Below are positions 61,129-64,000 of a stretch of 64,000 bases of DNA, in pieces. The notes beneath the pieces were generated by a model. That model was not told the origin of the DNA. It saw only the letters and a program-made list of their open reading frames with translations, and did not search any database. The DNA comes from Amoebophrya sp. A120 (taxonomy: Eukaryota > Protista > Dinoflagellata): positions 7,370,989-7,434,988 of the forward strand of contig CAJINV010000005.1 in the NCBI GenBank assembly GCA_905178155.1, given 5' to 3'. Numbering within the stretch: position 1 is the first letter of the stretch; each line of letters opens with the position of its first letter. Both the position numbers and the translations under genes were made by a program.

Positions 61129-62203
61129 ATGACCCAGTTACAGGCTTCTTCAGGTTTCAGCGATGATGACTGGGGCGCCTTTGAGTCCTCACCGCCCGTG
61201 CATCGGGGAGAGGTTCTCCAACCCCAACCAGGGTCAACGTCGTCAGGACCAGGGGGCGCGACGAGTTCCTCTTCGTCTACTTCTGCTAGGAAGATGCAGC
61301 CACCCGCAGTGCTGAAAGTAGACAACGGGACGCTCGACGCGTTATTCTATAACGAGCACCAGCACAGTCGTGGGAAAATATCAAATTCTGCTGGTCCTCT
61401 AGATGAATTACTTGACCATGATCACTCAGGCCGCGGGTCCTCGACTGCAAAAATGATACCTGGAGGAGGTGCAGGCGTGCGTCAGATGAATGAAGCCGCC
61501 ACTGTGCTCGAGGATCACGAGAAACACACGATTACCGTGTACTACAAGGGAGAGAAAAACATCGTCACCTGGTACGCGGACGGCACCATGAGCATATGAG
61601 AGTGCAACTGCACATCAACTACTCCCCCTCGGCCCGCGTTCAAAAGAACGCATGAACAGCAACACAAACAACGAGGGAAATGTGGCTTCCGCATGACAAA
61701 TAAGCTTCTGGAGGTGCACACGGACGGTAGTACTGTTTGAGTTCGTTTCAAGTAAATCTGTCATGCAGGAGAGACAGCCTGATGGAAAGACGCGGACTTG
61801 GTATTTTGCATGACAAAGGCGGAGGTGGAGTTGTTGTGCACTTTCATAGAGCAAGCGCGACATCCAGGAGGCCATACTCTGTGCCTGCGACGCGATCATC
61901 GATGGTGGATTTGTGTTGCGAGAGATGCAAATGAAACATGCCGACGGCAGTCAAAAATGCATGACAAAAAATCATACGAGTGAGACAATAACAACCGTGG
62001 ACGACCTGTTGGGAGACCACGACGGGCCAACTACGCAGACCACTTCCCATCAAGCCGCTTCCGGTAGTACACCAGGCGCAGCAGATTCGACGACATCCGC
62101 AAATAATGACGACGAGTCACAGTTCACACTGACGGACCAAATCCTGGAGTGGGAACAGTTTGACCAGCTTAAACACAATTCCGTCTACCTCCTGCAGCCC
62201 GGT
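61129..62203 (+). CDS. 5' part of a hypothetical gene, presumably continuing beyond the window
   Basis: Exons 61129-61594 and 61854-62203 join in frame (GTMS-KRDIQEAILCACDAIIDGGFVLREM). A family C element then begins at 62204. Confidence 0.65.
61595..61848. mobile_element. Introner family E
   Basis: TSD GAGCA. Confidence 0.9.
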
Positions 62204-64000
62204 TATGGAAGCGTCAGGTTTGAAATCAACAAAGTTGAATAAATGTATGACCGGGCACGCGTGGTCTTGCGAGCCTGTGAGTCAAGGCCGACAGTGGTCG
62301 GTCTATATTTTATGAGCGGGCTCAACCCGCCCATCACGGTAACCAAAACCTGAGTAGCATGAATATGAACCAGGCAGGGGCGCAGTTTTGCGTTGATTTT
62401 CCTGCTCTGTGTTTGACATGCTGGGTTTTCAGGGACTTGCGCCCCTGCCGATGGTAGCTTGATTGTGATTCGCCGAGGGTGATTAGAGCTGCTATTTTGC
62501 TCTGCCTTAGGCCGATTTATTTCCTCCTGATTTCTCCAGTTCTGGAGAGGGAGAGTTTATTTTCAATCCTAGTTTCGGATTATGATTGGTCTCCCCTGAT
62601 TTCTCTCGTTCCGGAGAGGGGGAGAGAGTTTATTTCCAGTCCTAGCTTCGGGCTAGGTTGGATTTCTCCTGATTTCTCCCGTTCCGGAGAGGGAGAGTGG
62701 TTTTATTTCCAGTCCTAGTTTCGGGCTAGGTTGGACTTCTCCTGATTTCTCCCGTTCCGGAGAGGGAGAGTGGTTTTATTTCCAGTCCTAGTTTCGGGCT
62801 AGGTTGGATTTCTCCTGATTTCTCCCGTTCCGGAGAGGGAGAGTGGTTTTATTTCCAGTCCTAGTTTCGGGCTAGGTTGGACTTCTCCTGATTTCTCCCG
62901 TTCCGGAGAGGGAGAGTGGTTTTATTTCCAGTCCTAGTTTCGGGCTAGGTTGGACTTCTCCTATTTTCTCCCGTTCCGGAGAGGGAGAGTGATTTTATTT
63001 CCAGTCCTGGTTTCGGACTAGGTTGGATTTCTCCTGTTTTCTCCCGTTCCGGAGAGGGAGAATTGAGTTTATTTCCGGTCCTAGTTTCGGTCTAGGTTGG
63101 AGTTCTCCAGATTTCTCCCGTTCCGGAGAAGGAGAGTGATTTTGTTTCCAGTCCTAGAAGTTTCGGGCTTGTTTGGATTTCTCGTGATTTCTCCCGGTTT
63201 GGAGAAGAAGGATTTGAGTTCCCGTCCTAGCTTCGGACTACGTTTGATTTCTCCTGTTTATTTTCCCCCGATCTGGAGAAGGGACATTTATTTTCAGTCC
63301 GAGTTGCGGACTATGTCGGATTTGTGCGGTTTTCTCCCGTTTCTGGAGAGGGAGAATGTAACTCCGGTCCTAGTTCCGGACTAACTATGTTGGGCGTCTT
63401 CTATTTTCTCCAATTTTGGAGCGGGGGGCTTCGCCCTAAGTCCGGGGGTTTGAAGTATGCCCCAGATTTCTAGTTTCCAGCTCGAGGGAGGGAGGCTCCG
63501 TCCTGTTTCGGATGATTTCTTTGCGAGTGGCCTCCTATTCCCCCCTTGCGAGGAGAGAGTAGGGAATCCATTTCCCCTTCGGGGTCGATTTTGTTTGATT
63601 TTCGCATCCGTTTGTGATGGCGGAGTGAGTCTCTGCTTGATTTCGCATTTTTATTTGCCGCGCTTTCCCCGTACAAATCGGAGTATCCCCCTTGTGTCTC
63701 TCAGCGAGCGTGTTTCAGTCCTGTTGTTAGTCGGGCTTGGAGCAGTTTATCGCCACACATCTCTCGTGCTGGTGAGGGAGCATCGGCCGCGTTTATGCCG
63801 TTTCTTCGGGGGCTTCTCCACTCTCCCCGCTCGGGGAGTGGGTTTCTCTTGGATTTCCACTTGTGAGGGCAAGAAGTCTATTGCCCCAGGTTCTCCCGGG
63901 TGCGGAGAAGGATTTCAGGGTCTAGCTGCAGGCTGCTTTTCTGCTCTAATTTCCGGCTTCTGCCGGCTTTGGTTTTCTTGTGGGTCTCACTTTATTACTC
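62204..64000. mobile_element. Family C left TIR interrupted at ~62244 by a larger unidentified insertion running off the window
   Basis: TATGGAAGCGTCAGGTTTGAAATCAACAAAGTTGAATAA followed by unrelated sequence beginning TGTATGACC. Confidence 0.6.
62505..63440. repeat. 73-bp tandem repeat, ~12 copies, homogeneous centre and decayed edges
   Basis: CCTAG anchor recurs at 62568, 62641, 62714, 62787, 62860, 62933, 63006 (as CCTGG), 63080, 63153, 63226. Confidence 0.92.

Noticed and set aside
1-62243. Ciliate germline IESs (TA-bounded, pointer repeats)
   Set aside because: Genes use TAA, TAG and TGA as stops, the DNA is not AT-rich, and the duplication lies outside the TA ends. DNA-level excision cannot be fully excluded without reads.
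62505-63440. 73-bp array as CRISPR or coding repeat
   Set aside because: Head-to-tail units with no unique spacers; the unit length is not a multiple of 3.
1-64000. tRNA, rRNA, snRNA, spliced-leader relics or a transposase ORF
   Set aside because: None recognised by eye; covariance-model and HMM searches would be needed to exclude them.

Overview
Eukaryotic genomic DNA with eight protein-coding genes, all on the + strand. Two are recognisable: splicing factor CWC22 (4455-11570) and a Sec1/Munc18 protein (40088-47606). One is PPR-like and five are of unknown function. The dominant feature is about 82 short elements (mostly 143-325 bp) that interrupt the coding sequences. They fall into at least 8 terminal-inverted-repeat (TIR) families but share one design: 5'-TAT...ATA-3' ends, a 5-bp target-site duplication (TSD) and many copies of an internal GCAT(G/T/C)ACAA motif. 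Removing each element plus one TSD copy restores the reading frame. All six complete gene models then give lengths divisible by 3 with no stop codons, so the elements behave as non-canonical, transposon-derived introns (introners). This architecture matches the invasive non-canonical introns reported in the parasitic dinoflagellate Amoebophrya (Syndiniales); that assignment is my inference. Further observations: mismatches between TSD copies are mostly synonymous; the elements occur in both orientations; they are absent from intergenic DNA; the GT-AG introns look like aged elements; and a 1.75-kb three-layer Harbinger-like/foldback composite sits in frame inside a gene. All coordinates were read by hand, and no transcript or database evidence was available.
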